Positions 1-14,459 are shown, counted from the first letter of the stretch. The stretch: DNA of 64,000 nt from Chlorokybus atmophyticus (GCA_009103225.1 RHPI01002119.1:124001-188000), one strand, 5' to 3'. The notes: generated by a model from the sequence alone, not told the origin. Numbers and translations: made by a program.

Positions 1-351
1 CATGCACACTTTATTGTGTGAAAAGCCTGCACGCATGCGCGCACATCTGCTCGTATGCACGAGTACACAAGCATGCACGTACGAATTGGCATGCGCATGT
101 AGACACGCACACGCATGCGCACAAAAACGCGCGCAAGCTCATGCAGACACGCACACGAGCACGCATGCTCATAATCAAGTACATGCACAGGCACGTATGC
201 TCACATGCATGCATGCATGTGTAGTGTGCGTGCTCATGCGCAGATGCACGCGCGCACGAGCACGCACACTTGCTCACACTCGCACGCAAAAGCGCATCGC
301 TATGCGCCCTCACATCCCCACACTCACCCCTTCCCACACATCCACACGCAG

Positions 352-1629
352 CCTTCAGAGCTCTTCCGCGAGAAGCCACGTCCACTTTCTTCCGTCACTA
401 CCACCGGCGCCGACCCCGCGGGCGAGGCGAAGGGTTGGCGTCGCGCGCTGCTGACGGCGTTGGGAGTCTACTCCCTCGAGTCGCGACTCATCCGAGGAAC
501 CGAAAGACTCTACGCAGCTGTCGTTACACAGGCAGAGAACAATGCACTCTACCAAGGCATGGACTCTGCATGCGTGCGCGCGCGCGCGCGCGTGCGTGCG
601 TGCGCGTGCGTGCGTGTGTGCAAGCGTGTGCGTGTTAGTGTTGTACATGTGTTATTCAATTGTGGCTTTGTGTGCGTGCAGCATTGGATCTGGACAAGGA
701 TTTTCGTGCCGTGCATGCGATGCTGTCGTTGCACCTGTGGCTGCTTCACGAGCGGTTGCGTCGTGAGGCTGCAGACTCAGACAACCACGCTGGCGCCTCC
801 AAGCTGAGACAGATATTGCACGATCGATTCTGCACGGACGTCGAGCTTCGCGTCCACGCCGCCGGGGTGAGGGAGGAAGAGGAGTGAAGTACTTGTTGTT
901 GTTGTTGTTGTTGTGTCGGATGAGGTTGGTTAATGTTGTGTACCTTTTGTCAAGTAGGTGAGGGTGAGGGTCGGGAAGTGGCTGAATGAGCTGGAGCAGA
1001 GGTTTTATGGCTACACGTACGCGTTCACGCAAGGGCTCAACGGCAAGGAAGATCTCGGCCTCGCCTTGTGGAGGTAAGGATGTCGTTGATGTTGCTGTCG
1101 TGGTCGTTGTTGATGATGATGATCACGCAGCTATGTTGAAACATATACAAACATCTCACCGCGCGCAGGAATGTGCTGAGGTCAGATGAGTCTCTGCCGG
1201 CAGACACCATTCCTGAAGATCGCAAGGCATATGTACAGGTGAGTATCATGGATTGAGGCATACCTGTGTCAATTGCCGCAGTCTATGCGCCACACTTGCA
1301 AGCTGGACCCACGCATGAGTTGAGAGTTGGGGTGTGCCGGTTATCCTTTCTAGTGTCGCAACGTTGTTGACATCAGTTGTCACTGTATCTGTAATAACGT
1401 GTGCCATGCAGGCTTTGGTGCGATATGTCAAGCGCGAAGCTGCATCTCTTGCCATGACTGGTAAGCACACGTTTCATTGTGGGTGTCTGCATGCATGCGG
1501 TATCAATTGCACCATACAGATGTGCGAAGCATGCTGTATGCTGAGCTCTGATGCAGATGTGCAAACGTTTTTTGTGCAGACATAAAGGATGTTTTGGCCG
1601 GCAACGTCAGGTTTGATGCGTACAAGTAG
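352..1629 (+). CDS. UQCC1: Ubiquinol-cytochrome c chaperone (CBP3/UQCC1 family), multi-exon, 5' end lies outside the window or is not resolved
   Basis: Spliced frames read PSELFREKP...LYAAVVTQAENNALYQ/ALDLDKDFRAVHAMLSLHLWLLHERL...LHDRFCTDVELRVHAAG/VRVGKWLNELEQRFYG...LGLALWR/NVL.../ALVRYVKREAASLAMT/DIKDVLAGNVRFDAYK*. The LHxWL, FYG, ALWRN and L.RYV motifs are typical of CBP3. Acceptor AG at 350-351, stop TAG at 1627-1629. Confidence 0.85.
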
Positions 1630-4489
1630 CTGAAGTTGACATCTCAAAGTCAAATGGTTGTCCTTGTCATGTAGGGTTAGACTAGGCGATTGCCACACTT
1701 GCGTGGTGCTGTACAGACATTGATGTTAATGCATTGCTATCGGTGTTGTTGCTAGCTCTGTGTGCTGGCATTGTTGTCGTATTGCGCAAGTTTGCCTCTA
1801 AGCACATGCGCTTGTGTATGTCGTGTGTATGTGCGCAGTCTTTGGTTGGGCTTGCTGTCCAGCCGCAGACGGTATTGATGTTTGCCAAGTACCATACCAT
1901 AGCTTGGTGTAGGCGGGAACAACCAAGGTCTTTGGATTAAGCAAAAGCATACAAGGTATGCAAGTTAGGGCAAAACAGTGCCACAACTTTCGACTAGATA
2001 ACACTGAGGGGGATAGCGTTTGACCCCAGCTCCCCAAGCTCATCAAACTACGTGCATGTGTATAAGAGATAGTACGCTAGATCATGTGCATGCAATGCAG
2101 AAGAGGTTAATTGCACAGAGTACATAGGGAACATACCGTGAGTAACACAGAGTCCATGGTCACACCATTACCCTCTCCCATTCACCACATACACACAAAT
2201 GAAATAGGCAAAAGTGTCACTACTACCTTGAATAAGGTCGGTGCAGCTGCCATGATTGCCCGCTGCTAGTGCCAATACCGCAATAGCATGTGCACGCTGA
2301 AAGCCTATTATGCTTTGGCCAAAACGAGTGGCAAAGCGCACCAACACTTTATCTCCAACCCACCACAAAGCCCAGCCGGTTAGCGCACTCAGCTATAATC
2401 AAATGTAAACTCTCTCACCTCAATTATCATCGACATACAAGCGTTTCATGTCAGTGCTGCCACTAAGTGTACACGAGTACATCATCAAAGGGTAGTAGTG
2501 GCGCAGCTACACGCGGCGCCACCCACATCAGGCGCGGCAGCTCTGTGTAGTGTGACCCCCAGTGTACCGTGCATGCTGTGGTTTGTGTGCACATGACCGT
2601 AGGCATGGGCTGTCTCAGACATGCTGTCGTGTGTTTTTGTATACTAGAGAGAGATGAGTAGTCACAGCTTTCTCTTGTTCTCTCGAGCATACTACATTAG
2701 CTGTCGTATAAGATAAAACTATGTACAAGTGCAGTAACTGTGGCACACGCTCGCTAGCACATGCGCATGTGTACTGCACGCCACCAACGCTACTCTGCGT
2801 GATGGTGGTGAAGTACTTGCAGCAGCACCACCGGTGACGACGCGCACTACACACTGCACAGTGGTACTGCATGGGGAGCAGGCTGTTGGTGACACAGCGT
2901 GCCCGTGCGGACAAGGACATGGGAGCTCAACCCCACGAGCCAAGCCCACCAGCAGCACGTGACTGCCAGCAACGACACTGCGCAGTGCAGTGCCGGCGGT
3001 GGCACTGCACAGCCAGGGTGACGTGAGGGTGAGGGGTGGGGAAAGAGAGAGAGAGATGGGTGGGAGGAGGAGGGGCGCATTTACGTCTGGTGTGTACTCA
3101 CGCTCACATGCACCATATTGCATATTGCTTTGTGCACCGCTGCATGCTCGTACACAAATACCACTGTGCGCCGTCCTTGCCGTTGCTACTCGTGCTTGGT
3201 GCGGGTGGATTACACGTGCATACATGCATGTATTTGTAACGGGGTAAGGGCGATAGTGAAGATAGGTAGGTAGCCACTAGGCGGACAACCCGGTGGTGAA
3301 TGTAAGTGTGTGATGGTGTGATGTGATGACTGCCTACGCGTGTACCAAACACAATAGCAACACAACATGCAGCAGTGGACACATGCCATGCTTACACTCT
3401 ACACCAGCAATTCACCACCGGGCTACCTACTCTACCTAACATGCTAAGCCCCTACCCCAATAGTCAGACTAGCATGCATATATCTAATAGACTGCTCCAG
3501 TCATGCGCACACACCATGCCAGATGCAAACACACATGGCAGTCCCACACATGGCAGTCGCACACGCATAACCACCCACCCACCCAGAGCTTTATTCACCA
3601 GAGGGCTTGACTAGGGGCCTAGTGCAACATGCATGGTGTCCAGCAATCACCTCACGGTGGCTGTGGCCCACAGCCACTCATGCTTAGTGTATATAAGGGG
3701 TATGGTACGGTGTGTCACACTCTCATGCATGCCACAATTCTTGCAGACTATCTTTTACATGCACAATCATGGGCACAAACGATTACACCACAAAACACCC
3801 GAGCTAGCACGCGCCCCACATCTTTCCCCCGCTTACCTCGCCCACTCCCATACGCACATCCACACCAGACAGCATACAGGCAACAGCAGCCAGGACGTAT
3901 ACAAACCAACTTGGTGTGATACGCGTCGGCAACACCGACAGCAGCATGCCATAACACGCATGATACTATTGTCCGTCACCTTATCTGCTCTGGCAGTGCT
4001 CACACACTGTCAGCCTCTACATTGCTTGCAGAGATTTCCAGTCCCCGCAGAAACTGGCTGAAATTCTCATCTGGCTGAAAGAGCAACTGAAGCACAAACA
4101 GAGACACTCACATAGTTAACTGCATATGCTTGGTCCTATTCACCTGACATGGTAGCAAACACGCACAGCAATGTCTATAGCTGTGGATTTTGTACAAATA
4201 CAACAAAAGGGCTATGCGAACAGTTTGCAGCCTGCCCAGCTGCCCTGGCAAGATAGAGAGTTGTTATTGTCATACAAGCAGAAGACGCAACTGGCTTATG
4301 ACTGAGCACCGCCATGGAAGGCAACAACAGCCTTCAGCATAGTAGACGTCGAGATGGGGCTTGTGCAACTGAAGGGTTAATAATTTTGCAAAACTTGGTG
4401 TCCGTTTCGCTTATGGTAGTGGAGCGGCATAGCGCAGAACCCCCTCCAGAAAAGCAATTGTAATTGCATTGCTTGAGCAGACTCGAATC

Positions 4490-7400
4490 CTAATAAGCAT
4501 ACTTGAAGGCATCGCCCTCGGAAGCAGGAGCCATGGCAACCTCGTCTTTCAGTGGCGTTACGGGAGGTGTCATCGTGCGCAACAGCGCCCACTTGGTATG
4601 CTTGAAAAAAGGGTGCGCCTTGATCTCTGTCGCACCAAACTGGGACCCGAGCCGCTCTTCCGGATCTCTGATCAGAAGGCTGCGTACCAAGCTCTTGGCT
4701 TCGGAGCTCACTTGTGGCTTGGAAGGAAACTCCAGGCGCGCTCTTAGGATGTTTTCAAAAGTCTCTGCTCGGGTAGATCCATAGAATGGGCTCACTCCAT
4801 AGAGCAACTCGTACAGCAAAATGCCTGTATGGGAGACACGTTGGGGAATAGAGTATAGATATGCAACGCACTCCAGCATAATTGGCCATACGAAACCACA
4901 TACCAAGTGACCACCAATCAACCGCAGCTGAGTGACCAGTGTTATTGATGACCTCCGGGGCAAGGTATTCGGCGGTACCCACAAAAGAGTGAGTCTTGGT
5001 GCGAGGCTCAGCCACAAAGTGAGGCCAAAGCTGCGGCTTGCCATTTTCGCGCTCAACCATCACAACCTGGCAGGGTGTACACGGTGTCAGGTAAATAGCG
5101 CTGATCAAAGGAAACAGCATAGTCGTCTGTGCGTGATAACGTACCTCTGGCTTGCACTGTGTCCTAAATGCCAGGTCGAAGTCAGTCAGCACGAGGTGCC
5201 CATCTGCTCTGATCATGATGTTCTCAGGTTTCAAGTCGCGATAGATAATCCCCATCATGTGCAGGTACTCCAGGGAGAGAAGAACCTCCGCAACATAGAA
5301 CTGGGCATGAATCTCAGGGACACGATTTCCAGGAAGCCCAGACAACATGGAGTACAACTCCCCACCAGCGCAGTATTCCGTAATGAAACAGATGTGTTGG
5401 TCCGTCTGGGTACACAGCGAACTTAGTCAGAAACTGGCGTGCATTAGGAAGCATGCCATGGCATCAGTGAACAGATACCGGCAACCATGCACAACTCACA
5501 AGCCAACCAACTGTCATCCAGACATGACGCTGCACATCTGTTGTTACTGTACCTGGAATACATCAAACAGTGTGGGCAGGAAATGGTGGTCCACTGTTGC
5601 AAGAATTTCGCGCTCTGTAAACGCGCGCTGCACCTTGTTGCGTTCAATCATACTACGCTTGTTCAACACCTTCATCGCAAAGAGCGCGCCAGTGCCCGCC
5701 AGTTCTACAAGCAGCACGCTGCCCGCATCACCCTTGCCAAGCTGCCGCACCGGCTTAAGGTGCTGTGGGGTAAGCCTATTCTTGCCAACCACCTACGCGT
5801 CAAATCAGGTTACAACTCCACGTGGAACAAGACTTTGTGCTTGCGAAACACTATTGACTGCAAGTTTCACCTTCTGAAGCATTTGCCAATGCCAGCTTGT
5901 GCTTGTATGAGGTCTACAGGCTGTAATGGGACGAACATGTGGCGCCCATATCCGCGTAGCCTGCTTGCCAGCAAAAGAGGCGCCGACCCACGCAGCTTGC
6001 AATTTGTTGACATCTTCAGTGACGCGGTCAGCCCCAGCAACAGCCTGCAAAGCCAAAGCAGGTGGGTCCATCATGGACTCTGAGGCACCCCACAACACGA
6101 CCAACTTCTAACTTACAATTTTTGCAGTCTGCTCTTGCATATGATCCGATGTGCTTGGCTGCGGGGGTGTCATGCATGAAGCATCTGGCAATTTTTCCTG
6201 ATGAGTGACATCCGTTTGTACCCCGACAAAGAAATGGATCTCCCCAGTCTGGGCGCTGAAAACCGGCGCCAAATGAAACATGTTCCAGAACATTGTACCT
6301 GTACTGATGTCTCGTCAATATAATGCAACAGGTAAGGACGAAAAGTGCTGCACACTGCGATTCATGTGATGAGGTGTGGTGCCAAGACTTGCCATTTTTA
6401 CGGTAGTTCAGCAGCTGCACAGTGCACTCTTCACGTGCGTCTATGGCTGCCTTAATCTTGAGCACAGCCCGGCGATCTGTCAATGGGCCTTGCAAGAAGC
6501 GGCAATTGCGACCAATGATCTCCTCCCTGGTGTAGCCAGACAGCTCCAAGAAGGGGTCGCTGCAGAAAACCTGCAAACCCAAGCAGGCATGTCAGTACGC
6601 TCATCTTGCCAAAAGCATTGCAATGGCCACCAGTAGTGACAGCGAGGTGCTTACGATAGGATGGTCAGGCAGATGCGGATTTGTGATCACAAAATTCTTC
6701 TGTACACGTTCAAGCGAAGTGGCCAGATCAAACGCCACACGTCGCACTCGAACACGATAACCTGCAAGGTTGCTGTCTTGCCTGCAAATCACAGAGTGTT
6801 TTGAACTGCGTCACAACTACGCTGCAGCGGAAACAGAGGTGACCACCACAATCTCGCCACCATACCCTTCCGTGCCGCGTTTATCAGATGGCGATGTTGT
6901 GGCAGAGGTTGGCGTGGTGGGCGATGGCTGTGCATAAGAATGAGTGTCAGGCAAGCCATATTTTGCAAGAGGACACTGCAATTAAGGGTATAGTATGAAC
7001 AGTCTGGCAAAAGCCAGAGTCACCAATACCAAAAGGCCAGTCAAAGTGCAACACTGCTTGTGGCTAAAACAAGGTGCGAGCATACATGCCTACATATATA
7101 TGTAGCATGTGTTGTAAGATTTGCAGTACCTTGTTTTTCCCAAACGGGCGAAACAGCTGCTGTGCTGGCTTGCGATCGTTTGCGGTGACTTTGCCAAGGT
7201 TGTCGACATTACCTTTGTTCAATCTCTCCAGTTTGGCAGCTAACTCTTCAGCGGGAGTGGCAACCTTTTGTTGCAGACGTGCTGCAATGCCAAAACCCAT
7301 CATGGTACAGCCAGAGCTTCAATGCACAGCACAGCGATGAGTTCAAGGTGCGTCATATTGCCTACCTTCATAGCGAATGAGTAGAGGAATGTCTCCGGAC

Positions 7401-8727
7401 TGCACCTGCGATGACTTCTCGCCGACAGTGTACTGTGTGACATCCACCTGCACTCTGCGCAATGCATCCGCGTTCAGTAAGTCATTTGCAATGTATAAAT
7501 TCCGACGAGCTCAGTCCCCCCTTCCCCCTTCAGAAACTTCTCTGGTTTGCTGTGATCACCAATGCAACGGACCGATGCGGCTATGATACACATGTCTACG
7601 GCAATGCCACAGCAGGCCTGTATAATATGATACTACTGCAGCTCATGACATCATGCCTTACCATGACACATTGCATAATGCCATTGAGCAAGCAACACAT
7701 GGCACGTGTAGCACCATCCAAAGTCGCCGTACCCTAGAAACTTTGGCTTGCCATCCATGTGCACAGGCGATATGGTAAGCTGGTTCCAAAACGGCTTGCC
7801 ATCCTTTTTGTAGTTTAGAATGCGGCCCGTATATGTAGTCTTGTCCTTAACAGCATCGCGAATGGCTTGGATCTGTTTCTGATCCGTTGCTGGCCCTTGC
7901 AGGAAACGACTGCACACAGTCACACCTTTACTACACGTAAGCAACAGAGCGTGGACAAGGACCAGGAAGGAGCCCCAGTGAAACACAAACGAGCTACAGG
8001 CATGCACAACACGACAAATAGAGGCTGCATCTACTGGTACACACACCAGGTCCATGAGCGACATGCACAATAGAATGCTCACAGGGGTCCTGCTAATGCA
8101 TGCATGCCGCGTCATCACAGTTGATGACGCGGCTATGATCAGGCAGTGCAAGCAGCAGCAGGTTGACCAACCTTGGTCAACCTGCTGCTGCTAAGTGCAC
8201 AATGTTTGCTGGTAGTATGGTGCTCTTCAGAAGTAGGGCAGGACAGTGCAGAATGGAAATAGTTTTCACATCGTCATAACGCAAGATGCAAAGTGACAAC
8301 AGTGGCTTGGGCTGATATAAAGGCCGAGGCGTTGGAGGTGCCGGCTACTATCAACACAAGCTGCTGTATCGGTGAGGAGACACAGGCATTGCCGAACACG
8401 TGGGGTTTCATTGTGACATGCTTCCTCCAATGCAAGCTTGTCCATTGGTATTGCCCGCTCAATGGCTGAGCGTTGTTCAGAGCACATTTGCTAGAGTACT
8501 CACCAGTTGCGGTTTACAATCTCCTCGCTTGTGTAACCAGTCAGCGCACAGAACCCGTCGGATGCGTACTCGATGGGGCAATCCGGCAAGCTTGGGTCGC
8601 TGATGACAAAGGCATGGCGAAAGGCACCCAAGGTGTCGCCGAGCTCCGAGGCGACCTTCGGCAGCGGCCCGTCCTCAGCGGAAGGACCACGGACGTTACT
8701 AGGCGGCGGCAAGTTGTACTGCGCCAT
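4490..8727 (-). CDS. PHOT: Phototropin (LOV1-LOV2-AGCVIII Ser/Thr kinase blue-light receptor), multi-exon
   Basis: LOV1: FVISDPSLPDCPIEYASDGF..NRN/CRFLQG (exon 8727-8503 joined to 7909-7733). Linker IPLLIRYE. LOV2: FDLATSLERVQKNFVITNPHLPDHPI/VFCSDPFLELSGYTREEIIGRNCRFLQG. Kinase: LGKGDAGSV, FAMK, YRDLKPEN, DFDL, SFVGTAEYLAPE, VDWWSLG, IKAHPFF. Stop at 4490. Confidence 0.97.
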
Positions 8728-9142
8728 GGCGGCTACCAGCGCTGAGCGCTGTGCTACGCTGTGCTATGAGCTGCTAGGCCCGCCCTCGCAATGCTGTCTC
8801 CCCGCCCCTGGCTAGAAACCCTAGCGCCGCCTGCGGCGCCTGCCCGCAAAGGCCCCACCCGCCTTCAAGCTGCGGCGGGACATAAAGCTTCTGCCGAAGA
8901 TTTAAAAGCGGAGGTCAGGGCTGCCCAAGCCGGCCGACCCACCGTCAACGCTAACAATGTCGGCAGCAACGTCGGCGGCGACGGCGACGGCGACGGCGGC
9001 ACCGCCGTCCACTACCTGAACTGAACACTGACGCCCATGTCTAGCCTCCGGTTTAGGTTTAGCTCCTAACTCCAAGCCTAGCCTCTGCCTGCGCATGCTG
9101 TTCGGATTAACCAGAAGCCGGTTACGCTAACTGCATGCACAA

Positions 9143-9151
9143 TTAGGGTTT
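9143..9151 (-). promoter_or_regulatory. Telo-box (AAACCCTAA) upstream of phototropin
   Basis: TTAGGGTTT on the + strand, about 415 bp upstream of the PHOT ATG. Confidence 0.4.
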
Positions 9152-10932
9152 GCGCCGTCTCCAGCGATTGGCTCAGTCAATTCGACCGCAATCGACGGCA
9201 GGTGTAGAGCGAATACACGCGGTTAGCAGTCCTCGAAACATGTCTGCGTTTGACGTTGAACCGGCGAACGCGGGAACACTTCGTTTTACTAGACCGGCAA
9301 AGTGCAACCGGACACGAGGCCTCCTGCATGGAAAAAAGAATGCATACAAAACTTGTAGCCTCGTCGATTCATATTCCGTAACGGCAGGTAAAGACCCGGT
9401 ACTACTGGGCCTATATGGTCAATTCATTATTTGACTTACAATAGTGTCTACTGTCTCGGCGTTTGATTACGGCAATGGACGCGGTCAACGGGGTTTGCCA
9501 TAATACCACTGACAACCGCTGTGAACAGAGGTTACAGTGTGACTCACAGGCTGTGAGGCTATTTGCGGCCGCACAATTACCTCAAATGCAAAAGCAATAC
9601 CCCAATGTACATGTCGAATATTCTGGTATTGCTTTTTCATGCTAGTAGATTTTTGTGGACCCTGTTAATGGATTACCCAACACTCGGGCGAAACTCAGAC
9701 ACTCTGCAGCCTTTGACCTACTGGCAGTAATTGTGTGGTAACTATCAGGCATCAGGCCTAATTCCCTACCTACACAACGGTAGGCTAATACCTGTGTCAC
9801 GTGAAAGGTGGCTGGACGATGAATGACTGCCATCATTGAACCAGTAACTCTTTAAGAAACTCTTTAGCGCTCATGATTTGAGTATGAGCTACCTAGCCTA
9901 ACCTTAAGCTTGGAATTGCAGGAAGTGAGAACCACGGTCAAAATACGACCGCGTAAACGACAGCTTAATGTTAACTGCGAATTTCTTGTATGCGCGCCGT
10001 GTAGAGAACCAGAAAGCGAAAGGACAAGTTCGACCGTTAAAGCGAGGAGGAGGGCGGACCGTTAGCGGTGACGGGCAAAGCTGCTGCATTGACGGACACT
10101 GGTGTAACCAGCTTTCGCGGAAAATCCGTGCTCCCCGTGCGCACCAATCACAATCAGTCGACGTGGACGCGATACCTGGGATCTGTCAGACGGTGCTGGC
10201 TGGCGGGGCGCGTGGTGCAGGCTCAAGCGGAAAAAGCCACGGCTTGCCCAGCTCCTTGCTGGGGGGATTTTCCTCACGATTGAGAAAAGCAGCACTGTTT
10301 GGTTTCAGTGCGCTGCTTTCTGTGTCGAGACTCTCAAGTCGAGAGTGCTTGTGATGCTTCCAACAACCACGACACCTACAGGTACATGGTCATGCCTGAT
10401 GTAGGCCGCCAACAGTGGACGATGCTCCGCAACGTCTTCTGCTGAAACTTTGCCGCGGTGACCGGTTGGTTGCTTCTTGCTTGAGGGGAGAGGGGGGNNN
10501 NNNNNNNNNNNNNNNNNNNNNNNNNNNNNNNNNNNNNNNNNNNNNNNNNNNNNNNNNNNNNNNNNNNNNNNNNNNNNNNNNNNNNNNNNNNNNNNNNNNN
10601 NNNNNNNNNNNNNNNNNNNNNNNNNNNNNNNNNNNNNNNNNNNNNNNNNNNNNNNNNNNNNNNNNNNNNNNNNNNNNNNNNNNNNNNNNNNNNNNNNNNN
10701 NNNNNNNNNNNNNNNNNNNNNNNNNNNNNNNNNNNNNNNNNNNNNNNNNNNNNNNNNNNNNNNNNNNNNNNNNNNNNNNNNNNNNNNNNNNNNNNNNNNN
10801 NNNNNNNNNNNNNNNNNNNNNNNNNNNNNNNNNNNNNNNNNNNNNNNNNNNNNNNNNNNNNNNNNNNNNNNNNNNNNNNNNNNNNNNNNNNNNNNNNNNN
10901 NNNNNNNNNNNNNNNNNNNNNNNNNNNNNNNN

Positions 10933-12809
10933 TGAACTCTCGATATTACCTCCAAGTGATTATCGCTAGCAATATTATGGTATACAAGACCATGTGGATC
11001 ATATGGTCAAAAGTTGTGCTATAATCTTATGATAAGGCATCACCTAATTTGTATGCCAAATAAACATTAACATGCAACATGGTGCATTTTTAAATTGTTC
11101 ATTGTACGTATCAATGACGCCGTTGTTATAAAAGGTAAAACATGATGCTTGCGTACTGGCTTATCGCGTGTACTTGCTTGTAAAGTGGGGTGTTCAACAC
11201 CTGAGTAGGAGTACATGTTGCTTGTTTGCTCATAAACGCTTGTTATTTTATGGCGTTGTTGAGGCAAGCGTTCTTTTATACCATAAAAGACAATGGATAT
11301 GTAATACGCAGCGTTTGATGAAAATGTACCATAATCATAACAATTAATCATTATACATGTACGTACACGCATATGCGTGTATTATGCCGTCAATGGCATA
11401 ATATACACCAACTTTACTTGAAGCGATTGTCATATTTGTTGCTGTCAACAACCTCGTAGCAGTTACTTTATTTATCCTTTACGTATGTACGAATAAATAT
11501 GCATGGTAGTGGTTGCAGGTGTGCATTTATCAGAATATAGGGTTGTCATTCCTTGGTCTTATATATTACGGCAATGAACAAGAAATGCTATTTAATTAGA
11601 AAGCGTAATGTATAAGAGACCAGCTGCTAGATCAAGAAGCAATTTAACATTAACGGCAAAAATATGAAAACTTGTAGCGCCTTGGTAAATAGGGGGCTTT
11701 ATATCTGTTATGCACTTTGTAAGGGTAGAATTGTGCATGACTCATGCACAACCAACAAATACGACATTTATACGTATGTATGCACAGTTTTGTTCGTAAT
11801 GATAAATAGAGGCGCCGTGCGTCTCAAATTTCAAGCTTCTGCAACGTCTGTAACGCGCCCACTTGCACACGCACCCTTACACACGTAGACACTCACACGC
11901 TCGCGTACTCTTGCACCCACCCACATGCTCTCAATCAAAACATGTACAGACGCACGCATGCACGCACGCATGACATGCAGACTCGTTACCCATCTGGCAG
12001 GTTTGTTTAAAGTCAAAGAGGTGAATACGGCGTAGAGAAAGCTAACATGGTGAGTCACATTCAATATCAGATTCAAATATGGTTTATTTATTTAACTTTC
12101 GCAAGCTGAGGGTGTTTATGGCCTTACATGCTTTCATACTCAAATGGGATTGTGCCATATACTTGGTGGTTGTAATCAACACGCGCTTCGTATCGGACAT
12201 GTAATGTATACACATTACATGTCAAAATAAATGTATAGCAGACATGCATAATGTTGACTTGTATGCCTGCATCACATCGAGCGCGCTTAAGGTCAGGTCG
12301 GGTGCAATTGAGTACATGTGCAGTACTTTCGTCTGCACCTTAAGGAATGGCAATCTTTATTGCCATCATTCATGCTTGCGTATTCTGTGCACAATGCAAA
12401 TTCCATGTTAATATAATACCAATACATCATAACAATGGAAGCTCATTGCATAATGTGTATCATTGAAGACAACGGTACCCACCGTACAAAACATAATTGT
12501 CTTCACAAGCGCCAGTCTGGATGGCATCCATGTACATGCTTGTACCAATATACAAAGCCATGTTTCAATGTAACGCGTCTTCAACGCACGATACGGGTGT
12601 GATTACCCTTGCCAACGTGGTATGCATCGTTCAATATTGTCTATGTTGAGCACCATCGTGTTTAAGTGATTGTTATCAGTAACACATGCAAATTGCGTGA
12701 TACGCTGACAACACAATCATCGCAAACCATCTGACACAATTATTCAGTAAGCAACATGTTCGTAAGATAAATACAATGTACAAGGCTTAGAAATAAACGA
12801 TTATAATGT
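10933..12809. other. AT-rich non-coding island, possible decayed transposon or repeat
   Basis: Visibly AT-richer than the flanking genes, only short unrecognisable ORFs, and adjacent to an assembly gap. Confidence 0.4.
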
Positions 12810-14459
12810 TCAGTCCTTCAACCCTCGTAATTCCCTAATAGCTTTGCCAGGCACATCCCTGGTGCATATCGAAATGCGCCCTGCCAAATGCAACAAACGG
12901 AGCAAAGCCACATCAAAGTCCCACGCATGCGCGCCATGGAACCCATGCGCACGCGCAATGTGGCCTGGTCTGTCCTTCATGACTTGTGCGCTGTATGAGT
13001 ACCCGAACAGGTTGACCTGAAAGCAGTCCATTGCAGTAAGAGACTAAACATGAGCAAGGAACCGACAAAGGCTTTGAGGAACCAACAATGACCCAGTATG
13101 CATATGTCGATCTGTGCACAAGCGCACCTGCTGGCAGGTCTGTAGTGCCATGAACAGTGCATGAATACCGCCACTGAGGTTCTCTGGACAGCTAAACCTT
13201 TTCTTGTAGCCAAGCGACATCAAGTCCTCCCGCAACTGGAAGTAGGACTCCACTAGCCACTCGAGCAGGTCGGGGGCTAGCAACCGGACCTGTGTGCAAT
13301 ATGACACATGAAGGCCGCATGCGCGCAAGCAACGCATGGTGCAGCGATGCACAGGTTGGACTGGAGCCATGCACACTACTTTTCACCTTGCAGAACACTT
13401 GCAATGTGTGTTTCTTACGTCAACGGTAGGGAAGCGCCTGTGGATGACGTCCAGGTACTTGACGCTGCGGTAGTTCCAGAAGAGCCATTGCTCTCCTTTC
13501 TTGGAGGGCCTAATTGACGTACGCACTCCCTTGCGGGTTCCAGACACCTCATACGATCGCAAACGATTGAACACCCTGCATAGAACCGATGAAGCCATAA
13601 AATTACGCGGCCACAGTTAAGCACCCGACGAGCAGTTTGTGTGGCCACACGCTGTTCTTCAGGTACCTGAAGTCAGTCTTGGATCCGACCCATGGCTTGT
13701 AAGCCTTCATGCTGACAAGGTTGAATCGCCATACAGCATCATGTTTGTCAATAGCTTTGCCATTCTCAGAGATCTGTGTTGGGTGTACTTTATGTTAATT
13801 AGATAAAGCTACCGCTACAACAGGCGTACACGTTGTCATGTGCCATATGCAATCGTGTGTACCGACCTTGACAAGGGGTCCATTGGCAACCAGTGCACAC
13901 GTAGGAATTCTGTCCCTGAAGTTGAAGTCCTTGCCGGGCCGTCTTCTAAAAGTGCCACCCTGCGTGCTTGTCTCAGGGTTGCCACTCACGGAAGAGCACT
14001 CGCCCTTTGAAGTGACGCCGAAGCAGTTGGTTCGCTTTTGAAGCATCTGCATGCCTTTAAGGTTGTTGGCTGCCTGCACGAAGCAAGCACATGTAAGCAC
14101 GTGTAAGCACGTGTAAGCTCTTGAGTACTCTCTGCAGAGAGCTTTTCAGCAACACTGCAAGCACCTTGGCAATGCTGGCACGCTTGTCGGATGTGCACTC
14201 GCTCTCGTCTTGAAGGCACGCAAGCAACAGGCGCTCGTCGCTGGTGAGCGTACGCTCCTGACCGGCCTCGCCACGACACCAGCTCTTGAGAGTCTTGCCA
14301 CGGCTAGCTAGCAGCTTCCGCCCACCCGCACTGTAGCACCATAGACGACAGTGAGCCACAACATTTGCAGACAGTTGCTATACGTACTGCAGCAAAATTG
14401 TGCGACATTTCTGCATGACTCTTTCCGGACTCAAGCAGTGGAAAGGGGAGAGAGGGAGA

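Noticed and set aside
2-650. Overlapping His/Ala/Arg/Cys-rich ORFs in all frames
   Set aside because: Translations of alternating CA/GC/GT intronic repeats; only 352-556 is a real exon.
2168-3382. Short hydrophobic or Cys-rich minus-strand ORFs between UQCC1 and PHOT
   Set aside because: I could not assemble a consistent spliced protein or recognise a family.
8791-9096. GC-rich ORFs upstream of PHOT on both strands
   Set aside because: No homology recognised; more likely the PHOT 5'UTR/promoter.
10280-10497. Hairpins and a CTGATG...GAAAC pattern suggesting a hammerhead ribozyme or snRNA
   Set aside because: The core is CTGATGT locked in its own stem, the required stems are absent, and there is no match to U1, U2 or U6 as I recall them.
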